From NCBI GenBank assembly GCA_963795165.1, contig CAWCGT010000001.1:1538048-1602047 (forward strand): DNA of 64,000 bases. The letters are read 5' to 3'. The notes below the pieces were generated by a model. That model was not told the origin of the DNA. It did no database searches and was given only the letters and a program-made list of their open reading frames with translations. The position numbers and the translations under genes were made by a program. Numbering within the stretch: the stretch's first letter is position 1; the number at the start of each line of letters is the position of its first letter. This document shows positions 1-11,128 of the stretch, one piece after another. The DNA comes from an uncultured Microthrixaceae bacterium. Lineage in GTDB: Bacteria > Actinomycetota > Acidimicrobiia > Acidimicrobiales > VFJN01.

Positions 1-99
1 GAGACCTACGACCACGCCCACGTGGAACGGGTCATCGCCGCCCTGGCCGATGCCGGGCTGGCCGCTCGCCTCGGCGAGGTCACCTTCGGTCCCGCCTGA
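1..99 (+). CDS. C-terminal end of an unidentified protein (truncated by window edge)
   Basis: Frame +1 is open from base 1 and stops at TGA 97-99 (ETYDHAHVERVIAALADAGLAARLGEVTFGPA*). Too short for a family call. Confidence 0.3.
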   Translation, partial: ETYDHAHVERVIAALADAGLAARLGEVTFGPA

Positions 100-113
100 C
101 CGTCGCCGTCGGC

Positions 114-821
114 TCAGACGAGAAGGGCGTTGCGCAGGGCGCCGACGGCCGCGTCGTCGATGCCGAGGGTTCGGGCCAGGCCCTCCATCGACCCGTGGCG
201 CACCTCGACCACCTCCAGGAAGCCGACCATGGCCTCCATCGGCGCCTCGAGGTACTCGGGCGGCTGGCTGGTCATCGAGTCCATGGCCTCGGGGTGGGCC
301 ATGGTGAGCCAATCGACGAAGGCCGCCATCGCCCCTGCCGTCGCGTGGTAGTCGCTGGCGATCTCGTCGTGGGGGACGCCCGCCAGACCGAGCAGCACCG
401 CCGCCACCACGCCGGTCCGGTCCTTGCCGGCAGCGCAGTGGAACAAGGCAGGGGTGCCGGCGCCCACCAGCTCCACGATCCGGGCCAGCGACGGCCCGCC
501 CGAGACGAGCATCTCGAGATACCGCTCGCGCAGGAAGTCCACCGCACCGGTGGTGGCCACCAGGTCGTCCTCCGACCACATGCGATCGATGATCGGGAGG
601 TGGTGCCAGGTGACCGGCAGGTGCTCCACCGGGAATCGGCCACCGCGCTCGATCTCTCCGGCGGTGCGGAGGTCGATGACGGTGGTCAGACCGAGGCCTC
701 GGGCCCGTTCCAGATCGTCGCCGGCCAGCCGCTGGACGCCGTCGGCCCGGAAGAGGCGACCCGGGGCGATCCGGGCGCCGTCGGCGGCGGGCAGCCCTCC
801 CAGATCGCGCACGTTGAACAC
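114..821 (-). CDS. protein tyrosine/serine phosphatase (Cys-X5-Arg type)
   Basis: Track ORF 114..821(-), 235 aa. Catalytic P-loop HCAAGKDRTG. Overlapping ORFs in other frames are Arg/Pro/Gly-rich high-GC artefacts. Confidence 0.8.
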   Translation of the reverse strand: MFNVRDLGGLPAADGARIAPGRLFRADGVQRLAGDDLERARGLGLTTVIDLRTAGEIERGGRFPVEHLPVTWHHLPIIDRMWSEDDLVATTGAVDFLRERYLEMLVSGGPSLARIVELVGAGTPALFHCAAGKDRTGVVAAVLLGLAGVPHDEIASDYHATAGAMAAFVDWLTMAHPEAMDSMTSQPPEYLEAPMEAMVGFLEVVEVRHGSMEGLARTLGIDDAAVGALRNALLV

Positions 822-965
822 GAGGTCGAAGCGGATGCTGCGGTCGACGCGGTGGAATCGACCGCGAAGGCATCAGGGGTGGGGGGCACCCGGGCCACCG
901 TACCGGTGTGGACGGGCGTCTCCCTCGGTTTGAGGTGGTTGCCAGCGGACGGGCAGGCTGCGGCG

Positions 966-2135
966 ATGTCGATCCGGGGGAAGGCCGTCATCGTCGGCGC
1001 CTACGAGCACCCCCGCCGCGAGATCCCCGACCGGACCATCGCCCAGATCCATCGCGAGGTGGCCGTCGGGGCGCTGGCCGACGCCGGGCTCACCCTGGCC
1101 GATGTCGACGGCTACTTCTGCGACGCCACCGCGCCGGGCTTCGGCCCGGTGTCGATGTCCGAGTACCTGGGTCTGTCGGCCCGCTACGTGGACTCCACCG
1201 AGACCGGCGGCAGCTCCTACCTGGCTCACGTGGGCCACGCCGCCGCCGCCATCGCCACCGGCAAGTGCCGCGTGGCCCTCATCACCCTGGCGGGCCGGCC
1301 CCGCACCGGCGGCAACGCGCCGGGCGGGGCCCAGCGGATCATGGACAGCCCCGAGGCGGGCTTCGAGCAGGCCGGGATCTTCGCCCCGGTGGGCAACTAC
1401 GCCCTGACGGCCTCGCGGCACATGCACGAGTTCGGCACCACCAGCGAGCAGCTGGCGTGGATCAAGGTGGCGGCGTCGGAGCACGCCCAGCACAACCCCG
1501 ACGCCCTCCTCCGCACCGTGGTGACCGTCGACGACGTGCTGGCCTCTCCGCTGGTCGCCGACCCCTTGCACCGCCTCGACTGCTGCGTGGTCACCGACGG
1601 CGGCGGCGCGCTCGTGGTGGCGCACCCCGACGTGGCCACGGAGCTCGGGCGACCCGGCGCGTCCGTGCTCGGTCACGGCGAGGCGCTGAAGCACACCGAT
1701 GCTGGGCGCGTCGACCTCACCTACTCAGCCGCCCGCTGGTCGGGGCCCGCCGCCTTCGCCGAGGCCGGCGTATCTGCCCACGACATCCAGTACGCCAGCA
1801 TCTACGACAGCTTCACGATCACCGTGCTGATCGCCCTCGAGGACCTCGGGTTCTGCGAGAAGGGCGGGGGCGGGGCCTTCGTGGCTGACGGGGGCCTGCG
1901 CAGCCCTGGGGGCCGGCTGCCCTTCAACACCGACGGCGGGGGTCTGTGCAACAACCACCCGGCCAACCGCGGCGGGATGACCAAGGTGATCGAGGCGGTC
2001 CGCCAGCTCCGCGGTGAGGCCCACCCGGCCGTCCAGGTTCCGGGGTGCGAGCTGGCGTTGGCCCACGGCACTGGCGGTGCTCTCAGCACCCGACACGGCA
2101 GTGCCACCCTCGTTCTCGGCGCGTGGTCGAGGTGA
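966..2135 (+). CDS. thiolase-like lipid-transfer protein (SCP-x type thiolase)
   Basis: ATG at 966 (MSIRGKAVIVGAYEH...) inside track ORF 195..2135; 389 aa. Thiolase-fold sequence through the C-terminal GGLCNNHPANRGG / HGTGG region. The upstream part of the track ORF is antisense to the phosphatase gene. Confidence 0.8.
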   Translation: MSIRGKAVIVGAYEHPRREIPDRTIAQIHREVAVGALADAGLTLADVDGYFCDATAPGFGPVSMSEYLGLSARYVDSTETGGSSYLAHVGHAAAAIATGKCRVALITLAGRPRTGGNAPGGAQRIMDSPEAGFEQAGIFAPVGNYALTASRHMHEFGTTSEQLAWIKVAASEHAQHNPDALLRTVVTVDDVLASPLVADPLHRLDCCVVTDGGGALVVAHPDVATELGRPGASVLGHGEALKHTDAGRVDLTYSAARWSGPAAFAEAGVSAHDIQYASIYDSFTITVLIALEDLGFCEKGGGGAFVADGGLRSPGGRLPFNTDGGGLCNNHPANRGGMTKVIEAVRQLRGEAHPAVQVPGCELALAHGTGGALSTRHGSATLVLGAWSR

Positions 2136-2552
2136 GCTCCCTCCCGGCGGCCCGGCCGCCCTTCAACGCCGAGGCGGCGCCCTACTGGGCCGCGGCCGCC
2201 GAGGGCCGCTTGGTCCTCCCGGTGTGCGATGCCTGCGACCACCACATCTGGTACCCGCGGTCATGGTGCCCCGTGTGCGGCGGCCAGTCGGTCACCTGGA
2301 CCGAGCTGAGCGGCCGAGGCACCGTGTACGCCCGCACCATCCTCCACAAGGGGATGGGTCCGTGGGCGACGGCGGCGCCCTACGTGGCCGCCTACGTGGA
2401 GCTGGCCGAGGGCCCTCGGGTGCTCGCCAACGTGGTCACCGACGACCCCGAGTCGGTCGTCATCGGGCTGCCGGTCGAAGCAGTGTTCGCCGCCGTCGAG
2501 GGCGCCGACGCAGAGATGGCCGAGGGTCGGGTGGGACAGGCCATCTTGCGCT

Positions 2553-2569
<17 letters not shown>
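2132..2569 (+). CDS. DUF35 OB-fold / zinc-ribbon acyl-CoA-associated protein
   Basis: GTG 2132 overlaps the thiolase stop (GTGA). Zinc ribbon CDACDHH...CPVCGG followed by an OB-fold-like region. Thiolase + DUF35 is a well known gene pair. Start uncertain by a few codons. Confidence 0.75.
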
Positions 2570-3353
<784 letters not shown>

Positions 3354-3510
3354 GGGCGGAGACCGTACGCTCCGCGCCGACACCTGCTGTGGGTGGAGCT
3401 GCTCAACGCGCGGGCCGAGCGGGTGGGCCGGCTCCTCCTCCCCCGGTTCACCCTCGGCCCCCTCAGCTGACCCACTTGCGGTCACGCAGGCCACACGCTG
3501 GCCTGGGGGA

Positions 3511-4188
3511 ATGCGCTATCGGGACCGCGCCGACGCCGGCCGCCAGCTGGCCGCTCGGGTGGCCGCCGAGGTGGGCGACATCGATGCCGTCGTGCTCGCC
3601 CTCCCTCGGGGCGGCGTGGCGGTGGCGGTGGCCGTGGCCGATGCGCTGGACGCCCCGCTCGACGTGCTCGTAGCGCGCAAGGTGGGTGCCCCGCACCAGC
3701 CCGAGTACGGGATCGGTGCGGTGGCCGAAGGTGGGGGGCGGGTAGCCGACCGGACGGCGCTCGAGCACCTCAGGATCAGCGGCGAGACCTTCGACGCGCT
3801 GGCCCGGCGGGAGGAGGCCAGGCTCGTCGACGCCGTCGACCGCTTCCGCGGCGGACAGCCCCTCCCGCCCCTGGCGGGCCGCGCCGCGGTGGTGGTCGAC
3901 GACGGTCTGGCCACAGGCGTCACGGCCGAGGCCGCCCTGGCGTCGGTCCGAGCGCTTCGCCCGGAACGGGTGCTCTTGGCCGTGCCGGTGGGCTCCGCCG
4001 ACACGGTCGAGCGCCTGCAACCTGCCGTCGACGTGCTGATCTGCCCGTCGACGCCACCGCAGTTCCGTGCGGTGGGCGAGTGGTACGACGACTTCTCCCA
4101 GACCACCGACGACGAGGTCCGCCGACTGCTCGCCGGCACCCGCCGGCTGGTCGTCGGCGAGCAGGACGGATCCCCGGGAGGGGGCTAG
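3511..4188 (+). CDS. phosphoribosyltransferase family protein
   Basis: ATG 3511 ([10 protein letters not shown]...) within track ORF 3352..4188. PRPP-binding loop [12 protein letters not shown]. Confidence 0.75.
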   Translation: MRYRDRADAGRQLAARVAAEVGDIDAVVLALPRGGVAVAVAVADALDAPLDVLVARKVGAPHQPEYGIGAVAEGGGRVADRTALEHLRISGETFDALARREEARLVDAVDRFRGGQPLPPLAGRAAVVVDDGLATGVTAEAALASVRALRPERVLLAVPVGSADTVERLQPAVDVLICPSTPPQFRAVGEWYDDFSQTTDDEVRRLLAGTRRLVVGEQDGSPGGG

Positions 4189-4305
4189 GGCTACGGCGGC
4201 CGGGGGGCGTCGACGCCGAGGAGTTCACGGGATGCCATCCTGGACGGTTCGGGCGCTCGTCATCGTCCGACCGCCAAGATCCACAACGACCCAGGAGCCG
4301 GTGAC

Positions 4306-5142
4306 ATGACCCTGTTCGATGCGTTCTCCTACCGAGGCAAGCGGGCGCTCGTCGTCGGCGGTGCCACGGGCATGGGCGCCGCCGTGGCGGAGGTGGCCAA
4401 GGACGCCGGAGCCGAGGTCGTGGTGATGGACCGGGCCGACGTGACCCTCGATGGGGTCAAGGCCATCCGCCTCGACCTCTCCGACAAGGCCTCGATCGAC
4501 GCCGCCATCGACGAGTGCGGAGGACCCATCCACGCCTTGTTCTCGTGCGCAGGGGTGGCCGACGGCACCCCAGGCATCGAACGCATCAACTTCGTCGGCC
4601 ACCGCTACATGATCGATCGCCTCCTGGATGCCGACCTCCTCCCCCGCGGCTCGGCCATCGGCATGATCTCCTCGGCCGCCGGGCTGGGCTGGGAGTCGAA
4701 CCTCGACCTCATCCTCGAGTTCCTGGAGATCGATGACTTCGACGCCGCCTCGGCCTGGTGCCACGAACAGGGCCGGGCCACCTACATGTGGAGCAAGCAG
4801 GTCATCAACACCTACGTCGCCCAGCAGGCGTTCCCGCTGCTCCAGCGGGGGATCCGGATCAACGCCATCCTGCCCGGCCCCACGAACACGCCGCTGGCCC
4901 AGGCGAACGCCGACACGTGGCTCTCCTTCGGCGCCGACTATCGGGAGGAGGCGGGCATCGAGGCGTCGACCCCGCTCGAGCAGGCCTACCCGCTCGTGTA
5001 CCTGTGCAGCGACGCGGCCACCGGCGTCAACGGCATCACCATGATCACCGACGCCGGCTACGTCGGCGCAGGGATCACCCGAGCCTTTCCCTCCGCCGTG
5101 GAGTCCGTCGACTTCCTACGCGGCAAGTACGGGCCCGTCTGA
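4306..5142 (+). CDS. short-chain dehydrogenase/reductase (SDR)
   Basis: 278-aa ORF with AGGAG 8 nt upstream. Rossmann motif VVGGATGMGAA, catalytic YMWSK (YxxxK). Confidence 0.8.
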   Translation: MTLFDAFSYRGKRALVVGGATGMGAAVAEVAKDAGAEVVVMDRADVTLDGVKAIRLDLSDKASIDAAIDECGGPIHALFSCAGVADGTPGIERINFVGHRYMIDRLLDADLLPRGSAIGMISSAAGLGWESNLDLILEFLEIDDFDAASAWCHEQGRATYMWSKQVINTYVAQQAFPLLQRGIRINAILPGPTNTPLAQANADTWLSFGADYREEAGIEASTPLEQAYPLVYLCSDAATGVNGITMITDAGYVGAGITRAFPSAVESVDFLRGKYGPV

Positions 5143-5158
5143 GCCGGCTGCGAGACCC

Positions 5159-5935
5159 ATGACGTACTCGCTGCCCGACGTGCTCACCGTGGAGGCCGAT
5201 GGTCCCGTGCGGATCATCCGCTTGAACCGCCCTGAGCAGCTCAACGCCACCAACCACGTGCTCCACGGCGCCCTGGCCGAGGTGTGGCCTCAGCTCGACG
5301 CCGACCTCGACGCCCGGGTGGCCGTGCTCACCGGCAACGGCCGGGCCTTCTCCGCTGGCGGCGACTTCGACTACATCGACGAGCTCATCGCCGACGCTGC
5401 CCTCCGCCAGGAGAGCCTCCTCGACGGCAAGAAGATCGTGCAGCGGATGGTGGCCTGCCGAGTGCCGGTGATCGCAGCGGTCAACGGCCCGGCCGTGGGT
5501 CTGGGCTGCAGCCTGGTCGCCCTCTCCGACATCGTCTTCATGGCAGAGAGCGCCCACCTGGCCGACCCTCACGTGCTCATCGGCCTGGTGGCAGCCGATG
5601 GCGGCCCCGTCACCTGGCCGCTGCTCACCAGCCTCCAGCTGGCCAAGGAGTACGCCCTCACCGGCGACCGCATCCCGGCCCGGCGGGCGGCGGAGATCGG
5701 TCTGGTCAACCACGTCTGCCCCGACGGCGAGGTGCTCGACGCAGCGCTGGCGTGCGCCCGCAAGATCGCGGCCCTCCCCCAGCGGGCGGCCGAGGACACC
5801 AAGCGCATCCTCAACATGCAGCTGGAGCGGGCCGTGCTCTCCACCCTCGACTTCGCCCTCACCGCCGAGGACCGCTCCTTCCAGAGCCCCGAGCTGCGCG
5901 CCAACGTCGACCGCCTGCGCCAGCCCAAGGGCTAG
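5159..5935 (+). CDS. enoyl-CoA hydratase/isomerase family protein
   Basis: 258-aa ORF. Crotonase signature GNGRAFSAGGD, VNGPAVGLG. Confidence 0.8.
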   Translation: MTYSLPDVLTVEADGPVRIIRLNRPEQLNATNHVLHGALAEVWPQLDADLDARVAVLTGNGRAFSAGGDFDYIDELIADAALRQESLLDGKKIVQRMVACRVPVIAAVNGPAVGLGCSLVALSDIVFMAESAHLADPHVLIGLVAADGGPVTWPLLTSLQLAKEYALTGDRIPARRAAEIGLVNHVCPDGEVLDAALACARKIAALPQRAAEDTKRILNMQLERAVLSTLDFALTAEDRSFQSPELRANVDRLRQPKG

Positions 5936-6055
5936 GGGTCTCGTCGAGCATCGGTGCTGGGTGACCCAACCGCCCGCACTCGATCCCTCGCCCATCCACC
6001 GCAAGCTGCAACCCCGTCGGCACCGGCTTCGCGCCCGTCCGCATGGCCTCGGCCG

Positions 6056-7252
6056 TCAGCCGTCGGTGCCCGTGGCCTTCGGGTCGTCGAGATGGATGCC
6101 GAGCTGCTGCTCGAGGTGCTGGCGAGTGCCCCTCGCCAGGGGGGCTGGTCGACATCGGAGCTCTCGGCCCCAGGGGCTGACGAAGGTGAGCTCACCGTCG
6201 GCGTGGCCCAGGACGTCCCAGCCGCCCTCGTGGACGAGATGGTGGTGCTCCCAGCAGAGGCCGATCAGGTTCGCCGCGTCGGTGGCGCCGCCGTCGCGCC
6301 AGTGGGCGACGTGGTGGACGTGGCGGATGCGACGGCCGCAGCCGGGGAAGCGGCAGATGCCGGCGTCGCGGTGGTGGATGCGCCGGGCCAGCCAGCGCGG
6401 GATCCGGCGGCTGGTCCGGCCGATCCCGATGGTGGCGCCGTCGGGGCCGTCGACGTGGAACTCGATCTGGCCGTCGCAGAGCAGCCGCAGGATCGAGTCG
6501 CGGGGCAGCTGCATGCCGTTGGGCAGCGCGCCGTTGCCGGCTTCGAGCCCCTCGACCACCTCGCTGTCGATGTGGACGACGACGGCGTGATCGGGGGGCG
6601 GGTGTTCGCCGAGCTGCTGGTCGGCGACGGCGACGAGGGCGTCGGCCTGGCGCTGGTGCTGGGGCGCCCAGAGGCCGGTGGCCGGATCGGGGCCGAGGTC
6701 GGTGGCGGCTTGCGCGATGGCAGCGGACACGACGGCGCCCTGCTCCGGTGGGAGGAACCCGCCGAGGCGCCAGCCATCGCCCGCCCGGGTGGGCCGGATC
6801 GAGAACCGCCGCTTGGCGTGGGCCTCGTTGGCGTCGCGGGCCGCCAGCGGTTGGCGCTCGCGAGCCATGCGCTCGATCTGGGCGGCGGAGAAGGCAGGAA
6901 GCTCGGCGGCGAGCGCTTCGTCGGTGGCGGCCGTGGCGAACCGGGTGGCTTGGCGAACCTGGTCCCACGACAGCTCGCCGCACGCGTGCAGCGCGCGCAG
7001 TGCCGGGAGCTCGTCGAGGGCGGTGGCCACCCGCACCCACTCCGACGCTGTCGCCGCCGACACGTTGAGCGCCATCACCAGCCAGTCGCGCATGGAGAAC
7101 ATGCCGTCGGGCCGCCAGTGCTCAGCCCGGTCGAATGCCACGATCGCCGTGAGCAGCTCGGCATCGGCCGCGCACACGAGCGAGGCCATCTGCTCGATCA
7201 CCCCGGCGATCGCCGGGCCTTCGAACTCGTGGTACTTGTCCGCTGCGGACAT
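6056..7252 (-). CDS. DUF222 / HNH endonuclease domain protein (REP13E12-like family)
   Basis: ATG 7252 (MSAADKYHEF...) within track ORF 6056..7414(-). N-terminal DUF222-like region and C-terminal HNH motif HVHHVAHWRDGG...NLIGLCWEHHHLVH. Flanked by 120-bp and 333-bp non-coding gaps. Confidence 0.75.
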   Translation of the reverse strand: MSAADKYHEFEGPAIAGVIEQMASLVCAADAELLTAIVAFDRAEHWRPDGMFSMRDWLVMALNVSAATASEWVRVATALDELPALRALHACGELSWDQVRQATRFATAATDEALAAELPAFSAAQIERMARERQPLAARDANEAHAKRRFSIRPTRAGDGWRLGGFLPPEQGAVVSAAIAQAATDLGPDPATGLWAPQHQRQADALVAVADQQLGEHPPPDHAVVVHIDSEVVEGLEAGNGALPNGMQLPRDSILRLLCDGQIEFHVDGPDGATIGIGRTSRRIPRWLARRIHHRDAGICRFPGCGRRIRHVHHVAHWRDGGATDAANLIGLCWEHHHLVHEGGWDVLGHADGELTFVSPWGRELRCRPAPLARGTRQHLEQQLGIHLDDPKATGTDG

Positions 7253-7585
7253 CGCCGACCCCACTCGGAACGCGGTCAACCACTGGAAGGGGAGCCATCG
7301 CTCCCGAAGGGGAAGGCCCTCATCGTATCGAACAGACGTTCGCACGTCAACCGCAGTGATCAGATCTCGTCCAGGATCAGGGCCTCCAGCACCCCCTGTC
7401 CCGGGCCGCACCACACCCGTGACCTCCTACCGCCAATCAGCACCTCAGCCGCCCAGACGGGAGCAGGACCACCCGTCCTCAGTGCTGAGGACCTAGGTGA
7501 GCGTCCGCTCCCCCGACCACGGAGCCGTGCAACCCGGCGTGCGAACCCATCCCGATACGGGCTGCGGAGTGGCATTCTGCACGCC

Positions 7586-8889
7586 ATGACGTGGAGCTTC
7601 GAGACCGAGCCTGAGTTCCAGCAGAAGCTGGACTGGGCGGATGCCTTCGTGCGGGAGGAGGTGGAGCCGCTCGACCTGCTGTGGCCCGACCTCGTGTTCA
7701 CGCCGCCCGATGCCCGCCTGAAGGCGGTGCTCGACCCGCTCAAGGACCAGGTGCGCGCCCAGGGCCTGTGGGCCACCCACCTCGGGCCCGAGCTCGGCGG
7801 CGAGGGCTACGGCCAGCTCAAGCTGAGCCTGCTCAACGAGATCCTCGGGCGCTCGCTCGTGGGCCCCGGTGATCTTCGGCTGCCAGGCGCCCGACACCGG
7901 CAACGCCGAGATCATCGCCCACTACGGCACGCCCGAGCAGAAGGAGCGCTACCTCCAGCCGCTGCTGCAGGGCGAGCTGTTCTCCTGCTACTCGATGACC
8001 GAGCCCCACGGCGGGTCCGACCCCACGCTGTTCACCACCCGGGCCACCAAGGACGGCGACGAGTGGGTGATCCAGGGCTGGAAGTACTTCTCCTCCAACG
8101 CCAAGACGGCCGCCTTCCTCATCGTCATGGCCGTCACCGACCCCGAGGTGAGCGCCTACCAGGGCATGTCGATGTTCCTCGTCCCGACCGACACGCCGGG
8201 CATCAAGATCGAGCGCCACATCGGCCTCGGTGGCGAGCCTCTCGGAGAGGGCTCGCACGCGCTCATCCACTACGACGACGTGCACGTGCCGGCCGACGCC
8301 CTGCTCGGCGGCGAGGGCCAGGCCTTCGCCATCGCGCAGACCCGCCTCGGCGGCGGCCGCATCCACCACGCCATGCGCACCATCGGCATGGCCCAGAAGG
8401 CCATCGACGCCATGTGCGAGCGGGCCCTCAGCCGCAAGGTGCAGGGCGGCATCCTGGCCGACAAGCAGTTCGTGCAGGGCTACATCGCCGACTCCTACGC
8501 CCAGCTGGCGCAGTTCCGGCTGTTCGTGCTCTACACGGCGTGGACGATCGACAAGCACAACGACTACAAGCAAGGTCCGCAAGGACATCGCGGCGGTGAA
8601 GGTGCTGATGCCGGGCGTGCTGCACGACATCGCCTGGCGGGCCATCCAGATCCACGGCGCGCTCGGCGTGAGCAACGAGATGCCCTTCCCCGGGATGCTC
8701 CTCGGCTCCAGCATCATGGGCCTGGCCGACGGCCCCACCGAGGTCCACAAGGTCACCGTCGCCCGCCAGGTGCTTCGTGAGCACAAGGCCACCGACGACC
8801 TCTGGCCCACCACGCACCTTCCCAAGCGCCTGGCCGCCGCACGCGAGAAGTACGCCGAGCACCTGGAGCACGAGGTGGGCAACCTGTGA
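7586..8889 (+). pseudogene. acyl-CoA dehydrogenase, frame broken twice (+1 at ~7859 and ~8571)
   Basis: The protein continues across three track ORFs: 5954..8599 (MTWSFETEPEF...LNEILGRSL), 7869..8780 (WAPVIFGCQAPDTGNAEII...IDKHNDYK), 8230..8889 (KVRKDIAAVKVLMP...EHEVGNL). No other defects. The pseudogene status may be a sequence artefact. Confidence 0.8.
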
Positions 8890-9902
8890 GCCTCGACACT
8901 GACCGCCTGGCCGCCTGGCTCGACGAGCAGGACGTCCCTGGCACCGGACGAGCCGCTGGAGGCCACGCTTCGTCTCCGGTGGCACCCAGAACGAGATCTA
9001 CGAGATCCGCCGTGGCGACCTGCACGGCGCGCTGCGCATCCCGCCGGCCGCTGCGCCCGAGAGCCGCGACGAGGGCATCCTGCGCGAGTGGCGGATCATC
9101 GAGGCGCTCGACGGCACCGACGTGCCCCACACGTCGGCCATCGCGGCCTGCACCGACGTCGACGTGCTGGGCCGGGCCTTCTACGTCATGGGGTTCGTCG
9201 ACGGCTGGTCGCCGATGAACGTCGACGACTGGCCCGCCCCCTTCGACACCGACATGGCCGCCCGGCAGGGGCTGGCCTACGAGCTGGTCGACGGCATCGC
9301 CCTGCTGTCCAAGGTGGACTGGAAGGCCAAGGGCCTCCACGACCTCGGGCGTCCCGACGGGTTCCACGAGCGTCAGGTCGACCGCTGGACGGCCTTCCTC
9401 GAGCGCATCAAGGGCCGGGAGCTGCCGGGGTTCGACGAGGCGTCAGCCTGGCTGCGAACCCACTCGCCGCATCGACTACGTGCCGGGGCTGATGCACGGC
9501 GACTACCAGTTCGCCAACGTCATGTACCGCCACGGCGGGCCGGCTCGGCTGGCCGCCATCGTCGACTGGGAGATGGGCACCGTCGGCGATCCCAAGCTCG
9601 ACCTCGGGTGGGTGGTGCAGTCCTGGCCGACCGACACGGCCGAGACCGATCGAGCCCTCTCCTACGTCGACATGAGCGGCATGCCGACGCGCGACCAGGT
9701 GCTGTCCCGCTATGCCGAGGTGTCGGGCCGGCAGGTCGACGACATCGACTACTACGTGATCCTCGCCAAGTGGAAGCTGGCCGTGGTGCTCGAGCAGGGG
9801 TACCAGCGGCGAGGCGACGACGAGAAGCTCAACGCCTTCGGGCCGGTGGTGCTCAACCTGATGCGGGAGGCGGCGGAGGTCGCCGCCACCACCGACTACT
9901 GA
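8886..9902 (+). pseudogene. phosphotransferase (APH/choline-kinase-like) family protein, frame broken three times (~8949, ~8977, ~9470)
   Basis: GTG 8886 overlaps the ACAD stop (GTGA). The sequence runs MSLDTDRLAAWLDEQDVPGTG / EPLEATLRL / GGTQNEIYEIRRGD...WLRTHSP / IDYVPGLMHGDYQFANVM...IVDWEMG across three phases (track ORFs 8886, 9122, 9480). Kinase catalytic HGDxxxxN and DWE motifs are present. Confidence 0.75.
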
Positions 9903-9931
9903 TCGAGGTCCGGGCCTCCACCGAACCAGCC

Positions 9932-11036
9932 TCACGGTGAGATCCGGGCCCGTCCAGGGTTGGCCGGCCAGCCGTCGAGGCCCTCCGGTCGCAGGGCCCG
10001 GTAGGCCGACACAACCGGGGCCAGCTCGTCGGGCGTGGCCCCGTGCATGATCACGCCGTCCACGCCCAGGTCCAGCTGGCGGAGAACCCGCGCCGCGCAG
10101 TGCTCGGCCGAGCCGCGCGCGGACGGCTCGAGCCAGTCTTCTGGCAGCAGCGTGGCGATGTGCTCGAGCTGGGTGCGGTCGGCGACGCCGTCGATGGCGC
10201 CGGCGATCGACCCGACCACGGGGTCGGCACGGAAGCGCTCGAGCACAGCGGGATCCCACCCGTTCGTGCTGACCAGGAGGTCGCCGTAGCCCTGTAGGTA
10301 GGTCGCCAGCCGGCCCACCGTCTTCTTCAGGACCAGGGCGGGCTCGATGGTGTCGGGGACGGTGGCGTAGCAGGACCAGATCCGAACCGACGCCGGGTCT
10401 CGGCCCGCCTCCTCGGCCGCCGTCCGTACGATGCGAACGGCCCGCTCGACCGTCTCGTCCGTGAAGAACGTGTGGAGCACCACCATGTCGAAGGCCCGGC
10501 CGGCCAGGGCGAGGCTCTGGGGCCCGAAGGCCACCAGACCGACGGGGATGTCCTCGTCGAACGAGGCGTCCAGGTGCAGCACCGGGAACCGACCGGCCGG
10601 ACCGTCGTGGCCGAAGATGACCTCACCCCGCCACAGCCGGCGCAGCAGGCCCACGAAGTCCTCCATCTGGGCGGTGGTGATCTTGGGGATCCCGAAGGCC
10701 CCGAAGATGGCGTCGATGCCCCGCCCCAGACCGAGGGTGAACCGCCCCCCGCTCAGGCGGTGCATCGTGGTCCCGAACGCCGCTGTGATGAGCGGGTGGC
10801 GGGTGTTCTGGTTGGTCGCCGCCGTGGCGATCCCCAACCGGGCGGTGACGAGCCGCTGCCGCCCCGCACAGCGTGGCCGCCTCCTTGATGTTGTACCGCT
10901 CCGAGATGAACGTCGAGCCGAAGCCCAAGGTCTCCCCGGCGGCCACCTCCTCCATCAGCGGCGCCGGCGAAGGCGGGGCGCCCGCCAACGCGTAGAAGCC
11001 GAGCTCGTTCATCGGCGGCAGCGGGGTGGCGCTCAC
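9932..11036 (-). pseudogene. LLM-class (luciferase-like) F420/flavin-dependent oxidoreductase, one +1 break (~10850)
   Basis: The N-terminal part is in track ORF 10623..11036(-) (MSATPLPPMNELGFYALAG...IKEAATLCGAAAA). The rest is in 9932..10837(-) (GIATAATNQNTRHPLITAA...). Confidence 0.75.
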
Positions 11037-11128
11037 GGGCAGCTCCAGAGGAGGCGGACGATGGGCGACAGCATCGCGCTCCGTCGCAGTAGGTTCCGCT
11101 CCGGTCGCCCGTCCGGAGGAGTCGCAGC

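Noticed and set aside
876-886. G-rich boxes GGGGTGGGG(GG) (876-886, 16112-16120; complement at 14591-14599 and 14662-14670) as G-quadruplex motifs
   Set aside because: Each has only two G-tracts, which is insufficient for an intramolecular quadruplex. They are probably part of the repeat units or a compositional effect.
2132-2135. 4-nt start/stop overlaps (GTGA/ATGA) at 2132, 8886, 17005, 20970, 23642, 35108, 35853, 36921, 38114, 48963
   Set aside because: This is ordinary translational coupling in compact actinobacterial operons. It was used as support for start calls and is not a finding in itself.
7476-7493. 18-bp palindrome GTCCTCAG-TG-CTGAGGAC upstream of the acyl-CoA dehydrogenase
   Set aside because: It is short, a single copy, and could arise by chance or belong to the HNH element flank. 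It is mentioned under the HNH finding only.
5954-8599. Other very long off-frame or antisense ORFs (5954..8599+, 24541..26457-, 28679..30670-, 39283..41979+, 53782..56178+, 54104..56608-, 15629..17479+)
   Set aside because: Their translations are dominated by R/P/G/A runs with no motifs. They overlap genes with clear family signatures on another frame or strand. Only the segments noted in the features are coding.
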